A stretch of DNA of 63,486 nt, filler included, from Nemertoderma westbladi (Eukaryota; Animalia; Xenacoelomorpha), in NCBI GenBank assembly GCA_032718475.1. It is 3 parts of 3 records of this genome, joined end to end, with 100 filler letters (N's around TTAATTAATTAA, not from the genome) between each part and the next. Parts side by side here need not be neighbours in the genome. Positions count along the whole stretch, not along the records: positions 48,044 to 63,486 come from JAUCBJ010005637.1; 2 more parts are not named here. One strand, written 5' to 3'. Made by a program: the position numbers and the translations under genes. Shown here piece by piece: positions 48,603 through 61,438 of this stretch; the first letter of the stretch is position 1, and each line of letters opens with the position of its first letter. Below the pieces are notes generated by a model. It saw nothing but the letters and a program-made list of their open reading frames with translations, was not told the DNA's origin and ran no database searches.

Positions 48603-50372
48603 AGCGCGCTGTATTTATCGCATTAATTAGGCCTACTTTGTGAGACTCGCCATGTCGCATTACCACTTTTGAGAGTGCACCTCATCTACTTTGTATTGTA
48701 ACGTATTTGAAACTGAAACTATCTGTTTCGCATCGGATATTATTTCTACAAAACATATGAAGATATAGAATGGTGTAAAGCTCGCTTCCTAGTGAAGAAT
48801 GCCAGGTTTTCACTTCCTGGTCAAAATTTTATATATGAAGACAAATGTTCAAAATCGTTGCCCTAATGCTATTTCTACTGTATCTAATAATATCTAAAGA
48901 AATTATTCGTTTATTGTTTTGGTTAGATTCAGCCCTTCTGTTGCCCTTGGCTTTTCAGTGAAAACTTGAGATTGTTCACATGATGTGGATAAACTGCAAA
49001 GTGAAATATAACAGCAGAAAGTCTGGTATACTTCACATGGGCCAAAGTACGACTGGTGTGGGTTTGATTGATAGTGGGTTTTTCTTGTGTTGTCTTGCCA
49101 AGTGTAATAATTAATCTGTATTCCAAATGAGATTAAAGTTCAATGAGTACAAGTTGTACAGTACCGACACAATGTCCGAGCGATTATCCAGAATTTATCG
49201 GTGTTATCAATAAAGCAAACATTGAATTAATATGGTTAGATGCCTTCTACGCTATACATAATAATATCTATATTCACTATATTAGGTCAATCCTTACACT
49301 CACTCACGTATTCATTAATTCCACTACAGTAATAATAAAGTAGTATCAGAAGTTGTTGATTTTTATACTTAGCTGACGTTGCAAATTTGTAATCTTAAAT
49401 TATTTTTGAAGAGTTGGATTGCCTTGGTTTATAATAAATACCGCCACTCAATTTTTATTCAAACCGTGTTCAAAGTTAAGTTACAAAACTGACACAATGC
49501 TCTTTTGTTAACTCTACTTTGCTATTCGCTATTGGCTGCTTTCTAAATATATGTTTACAATACTATAGGGAGGGAAATTCAAATTGTAATATTCTAATTG
49601 AATTCCCCTCTGTCAGTCTGTAGTCTCTACCAAAATCAGCAAACAGTTATCAGGTTGTAGCAGTGCAGCAGTAGCAGAATAGGTACCACCGGTATAGGTA
49701 ACTGAAAACTGAATGCTGAACTAAAACCTAGCCATCTGCTCGGTAAAATTCAAGAGCTCGGCAATGTTTATATTTTAAGTCGGATACCAGTAGGCATACC
49801 GGTATACCAGTATACTGTTACACTACATGAATATTACTGTAGGCCCTATAGTGTTAGGCCTAGTTAGTGTCTCGCAGATTTAAACAACAACATAACTCCA
49901 AGATTGAAATATTGTTGCTCTATATCAATTTCCCATGACATTTGCACTCCTTTCCAAATTAATTGACTTAAAAATAATACCCTGTCTGCCTGTTTTCTAT
50001 AGGCCTATATTGGCTGAAACCCTAGTGTTTCTCAGACTTTGGCTGTGGATATGACTAGGCCTATGAGAGTTCATTGGAGTTGGTGCCATTGACTTTATAA
50101 TTTTACATAACTGTGAAATGTAATTATATTTGGCCTTCTACCATCAACGGTTATACTTCAAAATGGGCAGCTGCAAATATTGGCTCTATTTTGTGCAATA
50201 TTTTCGATATCAAGGCAATTCAACTTATTTTCTTTACTTTAAACATAAACATATATTAACCGGCTCTTTATTAACAACTGCAAAATATACAACCAATGCG
50301 AGGAATATTTTACAGAGGCAGAGAAACGTCAATAACCAAATACCGAAAACGTTTGCTATTGAAACCCTGAAA

Positions 50373-50806
50373 ATGTCATCTTTGAATCTTCCAAAATTAT
50401 TGGAAAAAAAGCGGGATGGTTTGGAGCTGAGAAAAGATGAGATTGAAGACTTTATTGAAGCAGTTGTTAGCACCGCAATAGACGAATGTCAAATAGGAGC
50501 TATGCTGATGGCCATGTACTTGCGTGGTCTAACTAGTGCGGAGACTGTCGCCTTAACAGTAGCTATGGCAACCCGCGGTTCGGTAATGGACTGGGGAGAC
50601 ACAGACTGGGCTGACCGTGTCGTCGATAAACATTCTACAGGAGGCGTTGGCGATAAGACCAGTTTAATGTTGACTCCCGCGCTGGCAGCCTGTGGACTTA
50701 AGGTTCCCATGATATCCGCACGGGGGCTCGCACATACTGGAGGCACCATCGATAAACTGGAGTCTATCGCAGGATTTAATTCCAATCTGTCTGATAATGA
50801 TATCCG
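50373..50806 (+). CDS. TYMP: Thymidine phosphorylase, coding exon 1
   Basis: [16 protein letters not shown]...QIGAMLMAM...[11 protein letters not shown]...[23 protein letters not shown]; GT donor at 50807. A likely upstream acceptor (TTTTACAG, ~50315) suggests a non-coding 5' exon. Confidence 0.9.
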
Positions 50807-51671
50807 GTAGGGATTTGATATACCCACACCATCACACTGTCCATCTACACAGCTCAGCTCGTGTTTGTACTTTTGCTTGAGTTTAACCAAATCGTTTTAG
50901 TAATTTGTAATTTTGGTAAGGGTGTGATTGGTCCAGGCCAGGTGGATTAGGTCCTTGACGTTGGGTCCTGTAAAATTTTATTTGATCTCTTAACAATAAC
51001 AATTTAAGGAAAGAAGCTGGTTACAGTAGCATGCATTTACGAACCAAAACAATAAATGAAAATAAAATCAAATTTTAAGTCTATAAATTATGTACCAGTA
51101 ATTAATATTAAGTAAAGGACCAATACTTTCCTGACTTTCCTCAAACGCCCACCCAAGGAGAATTGATGAACTAGGGAAGTTTATGGCTGACATTGAGATC
51201 TGGGGGTTCTGTGTTGCTGGGTCCGCTAGCACTGTAATTCACACTTTAGTGCAACCGTTCATCAACATCTAACGACCTAACCTAACTCTACGAGACCCAA
51301 CGTATACCGATTTGGACGTAACGCTACAAAACTAATTTTTGTTCTACTTCTTGCAAGCTAAGGCTTGCAGGATATTTATACAATACCAACTATTGAAAAA
51401 AATGCAATACGCAAAGCATAATTTTATATTTTTTATCAATTACTCCAAAATATTTGATATTCTGGATTATATATAATATTTTATAAAAATTTTCTGAAAT
51501 CCCTAGATGCGAGGCGGGCTGCTTATGAAGAGGTGAAGTGGAAGTTCTACTGGAAAGGGAAACTAATATTAATAATGAATAATTCTATAAACATATGAAA
51601 TACAATCCTGGCAACAACCCTGGCAGCATTGCATTAGCGATGTATTAAGTGTAATGGTGTGTGTTTCTAAG

Positions 51672-52575
51672 GTCAGGATTGGATAATATTGGTTGCGTAA
51701 TATGCGGACAGACGGGAACGATAGCTCCAGCTGACGGCGTTCTTTACAAAACCCGGGATATCACCGGCACTGTCCCTTCCATACCGCTGATAACCGCGTC
51801 GATTCTATCGAAGAAGGCGGCCGAAGGTTTGGTATCCTTGGTGATGGACGTTAAACACGGTGTGGGCGCGTTTATGCCGTCGGTGGAAGCCGCCACAGAG
51901 TTGGCTGACAGTTTGGTGCGGACCGCCAAGGCAATGGGGATCCGGACATCAGCAGTCGTATCAAACATGGACGCCCCTATTGGGTTTGGGATAGGGAACT
52001 CGTTAGAAGTTCTAGAATCCGTCCAAGTGCTCAAGGGTGGGGGGTCTAAGGACCTGCGGGATCTAGTAGCCGCACTAGGAGGGCAACTAATTTATTCCGT
52101 TAAGCGATGTTCGAGTCGTGAAGATGGTGAAAAACGTATTAAAGACGTTTTAGACAACGGGAAAGCTTTAGAGAAGTTTAAGGAAATTCTTGTATTTCAA
52201 GGAGTTACCATGGAGACAGCCAATCATGTTTGCGGGGATGAAGGTGCGTATTATTTGCCTGCCTCAGGATATCGCACCGAGATTGTCTGTCCTTCCAGCG
52301 GTTGGGTCTCCTGGCTGGATAGTAAGCGATTGGCTTTGGTTTGCTTCGAGTTGGGCGCGGGTAGGAGGGTGGCTGGGGCCCCGTTGCAGTACGGGGTTGG
52401 CGTCTGGTTGGATGTGGGGGTTGGTTCCGAGGTGGCCAGGGGCCAGCGATGGGTTACTGTGCACCACGATACCGCGGTATTGGATAAAGGTTTGGAGGAG
52501 GAGATTAAAGAGTCTCTGGTAATAAGTGATGTCCCCATAGATGCTCCTGATAGAGTTACCAAAATTATAGAGTAA
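51672..52575 (+). CDS. TYMP: Thymidine phosphorylase, coding exon 2
   Basis: AG acceptor at 51670-51671 restores the frame (CG|G = Arg). APADGVLYKTRDITGTV, ITASILSKK, DVKHGVGAFM, GNSLEVLES, LGAGR; stop at 52573-52575. Spliced product is 445 aa. Confidence 0.9.
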
Positions 52576-53718
52576 ATGTTTGTTACTTAATGACACCAGT
52601 GTTGATAATTATTCGCTTCAGTGGTTTGGCAGTTATATAAACCTCTTTATATTATTAGACTAAATAATATGCAAACATAATGCTTTAATTAATTAACTCT
52701 TAGTTCATGACTATTATTGTCCATTCTATAACTTTATTTGATTACAGTGCGTGAGAATTTGTAAACTTGAAATATAAAGACAGCTGTGCTACATGGGGAA
52801 TTACAAAGCAACCTGATAGATCCCAGTTGGCCTACAATATCGATACAATTTGTATATAATTATAATTAATGTGGCCATTTTTATTTACAATATTTAAATA
52901 CAATATTTATTTTGGGTTGGCTCGAGATATCTTGAGTTTACGATTGGTTAATAGGGTTGGGTTTAAAAAAATGTTTGGAGTGTTTAAAAAATACTGCCCT
53001 GTTAGCACAGGAAACAAAATTGTAATATATCATTATTAATTTTATATATTATATCAAACTTATCGATATATCGATTTGATCTCATTTTGAACTAGTCGGT
53101 CTAAGATTAACGTTAAGGCAAACACTAGAGTCTTACAACCTTTAACTACAAAAAATTAAAGTTAATATATACACCACAACCCCCTGTTAGTCAGTATGTC
53201 GGTACATTCAATTATCACATAAGATTAACGTGACATACAAATGTAGTTTCAATCCATTTAAACTCACATAACATATAGTATATTATTTCAGACGAGATTA
53301 GTAGTTATAGTTTGTATTCGAATGGCATGGAATTATTAGAATGACGCGCGCTGACATACCGGGTATACTGGACATGACATACAAAGTAAATGTAATAACC
53401 GGCCCGGTCCGGCCCGTTGGGTCTCGGCCCGGCCCGGCCCGGGCCCGTTAATTGTAATTTTTCTAAACATTACAGCACAAAATAAATTTTTATCTTTTTT
53501 GATCAATTTAAATACACTGATTCCAAATACAATATCAGTTTGTCATCGTGAGCCGCTGTTCTGGTTGTTTTGTGCATTACAAAAACTCAAAATATACTAT
53601 ACACACGTTCTGTAGGTCTGCCATGTTTACATTATGTTTGTTGTTTAAAATGAAATAATGTGTTTGCCCATCGTTTTAGTTTCGATTGATTTCTTTTTTC
53701 GATGATATTACTAACTAG

Positions 53719-56700
53719 AGACAGTATCTAAATGTCAAAATCTAGACAGTGTCAGACAGTATCTATATGTCAAAATCTAGACAGTGTCAGACAGTATCTA
53801 AATGTCAAAATCTAGACAGTGTCAGACAGTATCTAAATGTCAAAATCTAGACAGTGTCAGACAGTATCTAAATGTCAAAATCTAGACAGTGTCAGACAGT
53901 ATCTAAATGTCAAAATCTAGACAGTGTCAGACAGTATCTAAATGTCAAAATCTAGACAGTGTCAGACAGTATCTAAATGTCAAAATCTAGACAGTGTCAG
54001 ACAGTATCTAAATGTCAAAATCTAGACAGTGTCAGACAGTATCTAAATGTCAAAATCTAGACAGTGTCAGACAGTATCTAAATGTCAAAATCTAGACAGT
54101 GTCAGACAGTATCTAAATGTCAAAATCTAGACAGTGTCAGACAGTATCTAAATGTCACAATCTAGACAGTGTCAGACAGTATCTAAATGTCAAAATCTAG
54201 ACAGTGTCAGACAGTATCTAAATGTCAAAATCTAGACAGTGTCAGACAGTATCTATATGTCAAAATCTAGACAGTGTCAGACAGTATCTAAATGTCAAAA
54301 TCTAGACAGTGTCAGACAGTATCTAAATGTCAAAATCTAGACAGTGTCAGACAGTATCTAAATGTCAAAATCTAGACAGTGTCAGACAGTATCTAAATGT
54401 CAAAATCTAGACAGTGTCAGACAGTATCTAAATGTCAAAATCTAGACAGTGTCAGACAGTATCTAAATGTCAAAATCTAGACAGTGTCAGACAGTATCTA
54501 AATGTCAAAATCTAGACAGTGTCAGACAGTATCTAAATGTCAAAATCTAGACAGTGTCAGACAGTATCTAAATGTCAAAATCTAGACAGTGTCAGACAGT
54601 ATCTAAATGTCAAAATCTAGACAGTGTCAGACAGTATCTAAATGTCAAAATCTAGACAGTGTCAGACAGTATCTAAATGTCAAAATCTAGACAGTGTCAG
54701 ACAGTATCTAAATGTCAAAATCTAGACAGTGTCAGACAGTATCTAAATGTCAAAATCTAGACAGTGTCAGACAGTATCTAAATGTCAAAATCTAGACAGT
54801 GTCAGACAGTATCTAAATGTCAAAATCTAGACAGTGTCAGACAGTATCTAAATGTCAAAATCTAGACAGTGTCAGACAGTATCTAAATGTCAAAATCTAG
54901 ACAGTGTCAGACAGTATCTAAATGTCAAAATCTAGACAGTGTCAGACAGTATCTAAATGTCAAAATCTAGACAGTGTCAGACAGTATCTAAATGTCAAAA
55001 TCTAGACAGTGTCAGACAGTATCTAAATGTCAAAATCTAGACAGTGTCAGACAGTATCTAAATGTCAAAATCTAGACAGTGTCAGACAGTATCTAAATGT
55101 CAAAATCTAGACAGTGTCAGACAGTATCTAAATGTCAAAATCTAGACAGTGTCAGACAGTATCTAAATGTCAAAATCTAGACAGTGTCAGACAGTATCTA
55201 AATGTCAAAATCTAGACAGTGTCAGACAGTATCTAAATGTCAAAATCTAGACAGTGTCAGACAGTATCTAAATGTCAAAATCTAGACAGTGTCAGACAGT
55301 ATCTAAATGTCAAAATCTAGACAGTGTCAGACAGTATCTAAATGTCAAAATCTAGACAGTGTCAGACAGTATCTAAATGTCAAAATCTAGACAGTGTCAG
55401 ACAGTATCTAAATGTCAAAATCTAGACAGTGTCAGACAGTATCTAAATGTCAAAATCTAGACAGTGTCAGACAGTATCTAAATGTCAAAATCTAGACAGT
55501 GTCAGACAGTATCTAAATGTCAAAATCTAGACAGTGTCAGACAGTATCTAAATGTCAAAATCTAGACAGTGTCAGACAGTATCTAAATGTCAAAATCTAG
55601 ACAGTGTCAGACAGTATCTAAATGTCAAAATCTAGACAGTGTCAGACAGTATCTAAATGTCAAAATCTAGACAGTGTCAGACAGTATCTAAATGTCAAAA
55701 TCTAGACAGTGTCAGACAGTATCTAAATGTCAAAATCTAGACAGTGTCAGACAGTATCTAAATGTCAAAATCTAGACAGTGTCAGACAGTATCTAAATGT
55801 CAAAATCTAGACAGTGTCAGACAGTATCTAAATGTCAAAATCTAGACAGTGTCAGACAGTATCTAAATGTCAAAATCTAGACAGTGTCAGACAGTATCTA
55901 AATGTCAAAATCTAGACAGTGTCAGACAGTATCTAAATGTCAAAATCTAGACAGTGTCAGACAGTATCTAAATGTCAAAATCTAGACAGTGTCAGACAGT
56001 ATCTAAATGTCAAAATCTAGACAGTGTCAGACAGTATCTAAATGTCAAAATCTAGACAGTGTCAGACAGTATCTAAATGTCAAAATCTAGACAGTGTCAG
56101 ACAGTATCTAAATGTCAAAATCTAGACAGTGTCAGACAGTATCTAAATGTCAAAATCTAGACAGTGTCAGACAGTATCTAAATGTCAAAATCTAGACAGT
56201 GTCAGACAGTATCTAAATGTCAAAATCTAGACAGTGTCAGACAGTATCTAAATGTCAAAATCTAGACAGTGTCAGACAGTATCTAAATGTCAAAATCTAG
56301 ACAGTGTCAGACAGTATCTAAATGTCAAAATCTAGACAGTGTCAGACAGTATCTAAATGTCAAAATCTAGACAGTGTCAGACAGTATCTAAATGTCAAAA
56401 TCTAGACAGTGTCAGACAGTATCTAAATGTCAAAATCTAGACAGTGTCAGACAGTATCTAAATGTCAAAATCTAGACAGTGTCAGACAGTATCTAAATGT
56501 CAAAATCTAGACAGTGTCAGACAGTATCTAAATGTCAAAATCTAGACAGTGTCAGACAGTATCTAAATGTCAAAATCTAGACAGTGTCAGACAGTATCTA
56601 AATGTCAAAATCTAGACAGTGTCAGACAGTATCTAAATGTCAAAATCTAGACAGTGTCAGACAGTATCTAAATGTCAAAATCTAGACAGTGTCAGACAGT

Positions 56701-59038
56701 ATCTAAATGTCAAAATCTAGACAGTGTCAGACAGTATCTAAATGTCAAAATCTAGACAGTGTCAGACAGTATCTAAATGTCAAAATCTAGACAGTGTCAG
56801 ACAGTATCTAAATGTCAAAATCTAGACAGTGTCAGACAGTATCTAAATGTCAAAATCTAGACAGTGTCAGACAGTATCTAAATGTCAAAATCTAGACAGT
56901 GTCAGACAGTATCTAAATGTCAAAATCTAGACAGTGTCAGACAGTATCTAAATGTCAAAATCTAGACAGTGTCAGACAGTATCTAAATGTCAAAATCTAG
57001 ACAGTGTCAGACAGTATCTAAATGTCAAAATCTAGACAGTGTCAGACAGTATCTAAATGTCAAAATCTAGACAGTGTCAGACAGTATCTAAATGTCAAAA
57101 TCTAGACAGTGTCAGACAGTATCTAAATGTCAAAATCTAGACAGTGTCAGACAGTATCTAAATGTCAAAATCTAGACAGTGTCAGACAGTATCTAAATGT
57201 CAAAATCTAGACAGTGTCAGACAGTATCTAAATGTCAAAATCTAGACAGTGTCAGACAGTATCTAAATGTCAAAATCTAGACAGTGTCAGACAGTATCTA
57301 AATGTCAAAATCTAGACAGTGTCAGACAGTATCTAAATGTCAAAATCTAGACAGTGTCAGACAGTATCTAAATGTCAAAATCTAGACAGTGTCAGACAGT
57401 ATCTAAATGTCAAAATCTAGACAGTGTCAGACAGTATCTAAATGTCAAAATCTAGACAGTGTCAGACAGTATCTAAATGTCAAAATCTAGACAGTGTCAG
57501 ACAGTATCTAAATGTCAAAATCTAGACAGTGTCAGACAGTATCTAAATGTCAAAATCTAGACAGTGTCAGACAGTATCTAAATGTCAAAATCTAGACAGT
57601 GTCAGACAGTATCTAAATGTCAAAATCTAGACAGTGTCAGACAGTATCTAAATGTCAAAATCTAGACAGTGTCAGACAGTATCTAAATGTCAAAATCTAG
57701 ACAGTGTCAGACAGTATCTAAATGTCAAAATCTAGACAGTGTCAGACAGTATCTAAATGTCAAAATCTAGACAGTGTCAGACAGTATCTAAATGTCAAAA
57801 TCTAGACAGTGTCAGACAGTATCTAAATGTCAAAATCTAGACAGTGTCAGACAGTATCTAAATGTCAAAATCTAGACAGTGTCAGACAGTATCTAAATGT
57901 CAAAATCTAGACAGTGTCAGACAGTATCTAAATGTCAAAATCTAGACAGTGTCAGACAGTATCTAAATGTCAAAATCTAGACAGTGTCAGACAGTATCTA
58001 AATGTCAAAATCTAGACAGTGTCAGACAGTATCTAAATGTCAAAATCTAGACAGTGTCAGACAGTATCTAAATGTCAAAATCTAGACAGTGTCAGACAGT
58101 ATCTAAATGTCAAAATCTAGACAGTGTCAGACAGTATCTAAATGTCAAAATCTAGACAGTGTCAGACAGTATCTAAATGTCAAAATCTAGACAGTGTCAG
58201 ACAGTATCTAAATGTCAAAATCTAGACAGTGTCAGACAGTATCTAAATGTCAAAATCTAGACAGTGTCAGACAGTATCTAAATGTCAAAATCTAGACAGT
58301 GTCAGACAGTATCTAAATGTCAAAATCTAGACAGTGTCAGACAGTATCTAAATGTCAAAATCTAGACAGTGTCAGACAGTATCTAAATGTCAAAATCTAG
58401 ACAGTGTCAGACAGTATCTAAATGTCAAAATCTAGACAGTGTCAGACAGTATCTAAATGTCAAAATCTAGACAGTGTCAGACAGTATCTAAATGTCAAAA
58501 TCTAGACAGTGTCAGACAGTATCTAAATGTCAAAATCTAGACGGTGTCAGACAGTATCTAAATGTCAAAATCTAGACAGTGTCAGACAGTATCTAAATGT
58601 CAAAATCTAGACACTGTCAGACAGTATCTAAATGTCAAAATCTAGACAGTGTCAGACAGTATCTAAATGTCAAAATCTAGACAGTGTCAGACAGTATCTA
58701 AATGTCAAAATCTAGACAGTGTCAGACAGTATCTAAATGTCAAAATCTAGACAGTGTCAGACAGTATCTAAATGTCAAAATCTATACAGTATCTAAATGT
58801 CAAAATCTAGACAGTGTCAGACAGTATCTAAATGTCAAAATCTAGACAGTGTCAGACAGTTTCTAAATTTCAAAATCTAGAAATCTAGACAGTGTCAGAC
58901 AGTATCTAAATGTCAAAATCTAGACAGTATCTAAATGTCAAAATCTAGACAGTGTCAGACAGTATCTAAATGTCAAAATCTAGACAGTGTCAGACAGTAT
59001 CTAAATGTAAAAATCTAGACAGTGTCAGACAGTATCTA
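53719..59038. repeat. Highly homogeneous 35-bp satellite (~150 copies)
   Basis: Unit AGACAGTATCTAAATGTCAAAATCTAGACAGTGTC; variants are almost only near the array edges. Confidence 0.98.
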
Positions 59039-60859
59039 TTCAATTATTTATTTATAACAAAATTAAATTTAACAAAATTAAACAAAAACGCAACTACTGT
59101 ACAGTAAAATAAAAACAATAACAAACCAATGCCTGGTTTTAATTGAATGGCCTGTAAGATGGTAAGCCTACGTATGAGTCTGTGTAACTTCTAGGCTAAA
59201 CTTAAGTAATATGTGTGTGAGTCTGAGAATGTAGCAAAGGTTATTCTTAAATTGTTACTTTTTCACCCGAATTTAGTCCAAAATCGGGACAAAAAGTTTC
59301 AGTATTTCATAGGATTTCATTGATTTTCCTTTTTTCCCGGCGAAAAAAGTAAATTAAAATATTTTTGGTGGAATTTCTTAAATTTCTTTTACAATAATTT
59401 GAATCGCAGTAACTATGGAAGCAATATAGTAAAATACTATAGTTCAATTTATTTTGTAACACTACTGTACTGTAGTATTTCATACATTTTTTTTTCAATA
59501 TTCTCTCGACCCTTTATTAACCTCGCTGACGCTTGGTAAATAAAATGCCTCGAGAATAATGAAAAAGATTTCTACTTTTTTTCAATGTAATAAATAATTA
59601 TAATTTAATTTTGTGATAAAAAATTTGTAACAAAAATTGTTATATTTTTGTTTTTTGTTAACTAAGTAAGTCGTAAGGGTAAACATGTAAACATGTTGCT
59701 GGTAAACAAAGTACAAGATGTACGCCTTCGGAAAAGAGCCCATTTATGAGCTCGATAAGGTCTTTTGGGTCTTTTTTCAATAACTTTCTGCAAATTGAAG
59801 GAAATCAAGTGAAAAACAATTTGATTTAAACAAGCTCACAATAACTGGTGGCTTCAAACGCTCTGCTTGATTTTAATCAAAACCTGTGTGAGGAGGACTT
59901 TTACACTGCAAACGACTTAATGGCCTTACAATAAATTCAACAGTTCATTTTGAAACGTTGTTCCATATTTTATGTCATTTGGTGGGAAAATGGGTATTAC
60001 TGTACAAATTAAGTAAATATGTAACCATAGGAAATAGGGGTACGCAGCAAACTTCGCCCATGTCCAATCTTCGCCCGGAGCAATCTTCGCCCTCAAAATG
60101 AGCAACTATCGCCTGTCGGAAACATTCGCCCGCAAGCAACCTTCGCCCACTAAACGTTCAAGTGTTCCATTAAAAGTGAGATTCATCTTATATTTTTTAA
60201 GAGAAGACGACTTACAACTTAAACTTAACCCCCCCCCCCCCCCCCCCCCCCCCAATTCACCTACATCTCGTGGTGAGATTTTTTGCTTCATTGAAGAATA
60301 GCGCAAATATGGGCTTTCAAATGTGTTATGGTTTTGCATCTGCGAGAGGCTATTTTATTCTATTTAAAAATAATATTCTAGAAACATTACAGTATGACTA
60401 TCGCATTGTTGCCTAGTTATTTATTAGATAAACAAAATCTTATCGATTATGGTGTATTTATTAAATAAATTAGAAAAACTAGCCTCGATTAGATGCAAAA
60501 CCATGCAACATTCGAACGCTCATATCTCAGCTATTTTTTAACGAAATTCAGATTGTGTTACATATCTGGAATCCTTGCATGGCCGGCTTTCTAACAGTAT
60601 AAATAAATCTAAATCACTGTAACATAGAAGAAAAACTGCAGTGTAACTGGTGCTATATCGACGGAGACACCTTTTTCAAACGCTTGTAGCTGAAGAAAGA
60701 AGAAAGCAAAAATAATTTAACAATTTAAAACAATATCTTTCAAATACTACATAACAGCTGTAAACAATGTTACTTTACTTTATTTACCTAAAGATTATCG
60801 TTTTTCACTTTATTTGACTTGAGAAGTTAAACAAATAACATCGGAAGATTATGATCCCA

Positions 60860-61168
60860 GAACTACATAGGAGGTTCCGGAACGGGGCGCATGAACCGGA
60901 ACTACATAGGAGGTTCCGGAACGGGGCGCATGAACCGGAACTACATAGGAGGTTCCGGAACGGGGCGCATGAACCGGAACTGCATAGGAGGTTCCGGAAC
61001 GGGGCGCATGAACCGGAACTACATAGGAGGTTCCGGAACGGGGCGCATGAACCGGAACTGCATAGGAGGTTCCGGAACGGGGCGCATGAACCGGAACTAC
61101 ATAGGAGGTTCCGGAACGGGGCGCATGAACCGGAACTGCATAGGAGGTTCCGGAACGGGGCGCATGAA
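60860..61168. repeat. 39-bp minisatellite, ~8 copies
   Basis: GAACTRCATAGGAGGTTCCGGAACGGGGCGCATGAACCG repeated. Confidence 0.95.
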
Positions 61169-61289
61169 TGTCTCGAACGGTACAGGAATATCTAGCCCCG
61201 TTCTAGAAGGAGTACGCATGGTACTTACGAATCTTCGCATCAGCTTCCTCCACTGCCAGGAGCCGCCCCCAATGCCCGACAATTGAAAA

Positions 61290-61438
61290 CATTTTTAAAT
61301 TCGATAGGGCTTTCAAATATCTCAAATGATTTATTCTGTACAAAATTATATTTTCTGTGTACTTTTGTATTTACCATTGAACATTGAACATTAGCAGAAG
61401 AGGGCGCTTTATAAATAACTGTATTATTATTATTATTA
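61290..61438 (+). mobile_element. L2-like LINE/SINE 3' tail
   Basis: GGCGCTTTATAAATAA...(ATT)n, the same tail type as at ~6300-6330. Confidence 0.4.

Noticed and set aside
50130-50372. N-terminal extension of thymidine phosphorylase in the ORF track
   Set aside because: Starts at a TTG in AT-rich intron-like sequence; homology begins at the ATG at 50373 and an acceptor-like site lies at ~50315.
53719-59038. CRISPR-like appearance of a 35-bp repeat
   Set aside because: Units are head-to-tail with no unique spacers, there are no cas genes, and the context is eukaryotic.
60851-61286. Repeat ORFs (ELHRRFRNGAHEP)n and (MNRNYIGGSGTGR)n
   Set aside because: Translations of a 39-bp minisatellite that is open in several frames; no evidence of coding.
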